In this document: positions 59,247 through 60,426 of the stretch, one piece after another
Numbering within the stretch: the first letter of the stretch is position 1
Layout of the letters: each line of letters starts with the position of its first letter
Assembly (NCBI GenBank): GCA_012718985.1
Contig: JAAYBG010000025.1
Coordinates: forward strand, 1 to 60,426
From: Acholeplasmataceae bacterium
GTDB taxonomy: Bacteria; Bacillota_I; Bacilli_A; ML615J-28; CAG-698
Direction of reading: 5' to 3'
Length of the DNA stretch: 60,426 bases
Notes under the pieces: generated by a model
The model's input: the letters and a program-made list of their open reading frames with translations, nothing else
What the model was told of the DNA's origin: nothing
Databases searched by the model: none
Position numbers and translations under genes: made by a program

Positions 59247-60426
59247 ATGAAAAAATTTTTAATCTTATTGATTGTTTTAGTTGGTGCAATCGCATTGACA
59301 GGATGTAAGAAAAATGTATTTGATGCGGAATTTGAAATTATTTCTGTTGCTGATTTAAAAGCTGAACAAGAAATTAACATCAGTTTCAGAGTTCCATCAG
59401 GCATCATTTCTACAGCACTTACCACATTATTAGAGGACTTTAAAATTGAATGGCCTAATATTAATGTAGAATTGATTGCTGAATCTGGTGGCTACGGAGA
59501 TGTCCGCAAATTGACAATTCTTGATTTAAACAATGGAATTGGACCAACAATGGTGATTGGATACCCAGACCATTTTGCTGAGTACTTTTCAGGAAATCAT
59601 TTAATTAATTTGCAAAACTTTATTGAAAGCGACCTTGAGGGAGTTGGTGAAGATGATGACTTCGTATTATCTGACTTCTTAGAATCATATTTAAATGAAA
59701 ATAGAATTGCGGATGAAGGCGATGATTTATATGGGTTACCATTTAACAAATCAACTGAAGTCATGATTTATAATAAAACTTTCTTCGAACACATGAATTA
59801 TACAGTTCCTACAACATGGGATGAAGTGAAAACATTATCAAAGAAGATTCTTGTTGATGTTGCCGCAGGAAAAGCAGACAATGTGATTGTTTTTGGCGAA
59901 GGAGAAAAGAAACCTTCACAATATCTTGCTGATGGAATGTTTGTTCCAATCGCTTATGACTCAACAAGTAACGCAATCATTACTGCTAGCCGTCAATGGG
60001 GTGGAACTTATACAGAAAGAGAAAACATTGAGAAAGGATACGCAGTATTTAATAATGATAAAGTAAAAGAAGCGTTAACCTTCTTCCAAGGAATGGCAAA
60101 TGATGGTTTGTTTGCAGTTGCTGAAACTTTTGGTGAGAGCTATGCTTCGAATGCATTTAAATTAATCAAATGTGTAATGACGATTGGTTCTAGTGCTGGT
60201 GTTGGTTACAACGTTCCCGAAGGAAACAAATTTCAAATTGGTGTAGCACCAATTCCTTATCGTGATGCTAATGCAAAATATGTTATTCAACAAGGAACCA
60301 ACATTGCAATTTTGGGGCAATCAACAAATATTCAACGTTCTGCTGCATGGCAACTAATTAGATTTTTACTATCAAGTGAAAACACAGCAAAATTCGCCAT
60401 GGCAACAGGCGGATATTTACCAGTTA
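59247..60426 (+). CDS. ABC transporter extracellular solute-binding lipoprotein (partial, runs off the window end)
   Basis: GAAAGGGAAG RBS, then MKKFLILLIVLVGAIALTGCKK lipobox. An open frame continues to the window end with family-1 SBP character. Absent from the ORF track because there is no stop. Confidence 0.75.
   Translation, partial: MKKFLILLIVLVGAIALTGCKKNVFDAEFEIISVADLKAEQEINISFRVPSGIISTALTTLLEDFKIEWPNINVELIAESGGYGDVRKLTILDLNNGIGPTMVIGYPDHFAEYFSGNHLINLQNFIESDLEGVGEDDDFVLSDFLESYLNENRIADEGDDLYGLPFNKSTEVMIYNKTFFEHMNYTVPTTWDEVKTLSKKILVDVAAGKADNVIVFGEGEKKPSQYLADGMFVPIAYDSTSNAIITASRQWGGTYTERENIEKGYAVFNNDKVKEALTFFQGMANDGLFAVAETFGESYASNAFKLIKCVMTIGSSAGVGYNVPEGNKFQIGVAPIPYRDANAKYVIQQGTNIAILGQSTNIQRSAAWQLIRFLLSSENTAKFAMATGGYLPV

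Overview
Low-GC (about 30% by eye), standard-code chromosome segment from a Bacillota/Mycoplasmatota-like organism (Acholeplasma/Erysipelotrichia-like). TGA acts as a stop and no large gene needs recoding. The window spans the replication origin. Left of about 31.6 kb almost all genes are on the minus strand: rpoE, surE, two DHH phosphoesterases, an M20-like peptidase, two fused ABC ATPase-permeases, serA, serC, pepA, serS, gyrA, gyrB, recF, yaaA, dnaN, dnaA. Right of it most are on the plus strand: rpmH, rnpA, yidC, jag, fhs, mnmE, ttcA-like, ppdK, phoA-like, ygiQ, dnaX, ybaB, recR and a sugar ABC operon. That orientation switch places oriC around dnaA. The most unusual feature is that the normally tight dnaN-yaaA junction is split by about 3 kb (25956-28941). 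The insert holds 1.96 kb of gene-free, T-rich, G-poor DNA filled with an iteron-like motif (ATTTAC-TTATATATGTATAT), including 2.2 tandem copies of a ~188 bp unit. It also holds a 20-bp palindrome, three 16-bp direct repeats, and an opposite-strand cassette of a 70-aa ribbon-helix-helix protein translationally coupled (TAATG) to a 261-aa deviant-Walker-A ParA ATPase. No rep, integrase, transposase or ParB/Spo0J gene is visible, and the usual mnmG-rsmG-noc-soj-spo0J block is absent after jag and mnmE within the window. I read this as a candidate chromosomal type-Ib-like (ParA plus RHH adaptor plus centromere array) segregation module sitting inside the origin operon. A second accessory spot (4670-6840) holds a GIY-YIG/DUF4357 nuclease, a possible HhH-GPD-like protein and a decayed HNH_2 endonuclease relic. 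Other notes: two T-box leaders (serS, asnS), a Fic gene and fhs between jag and mnmE, a 928-aa DnaX with a repeat-bearing insertion, and an NfeD-SPFH operon with an extra unknown gene. All family calls come from motif recognition by eye; no database searches were run.
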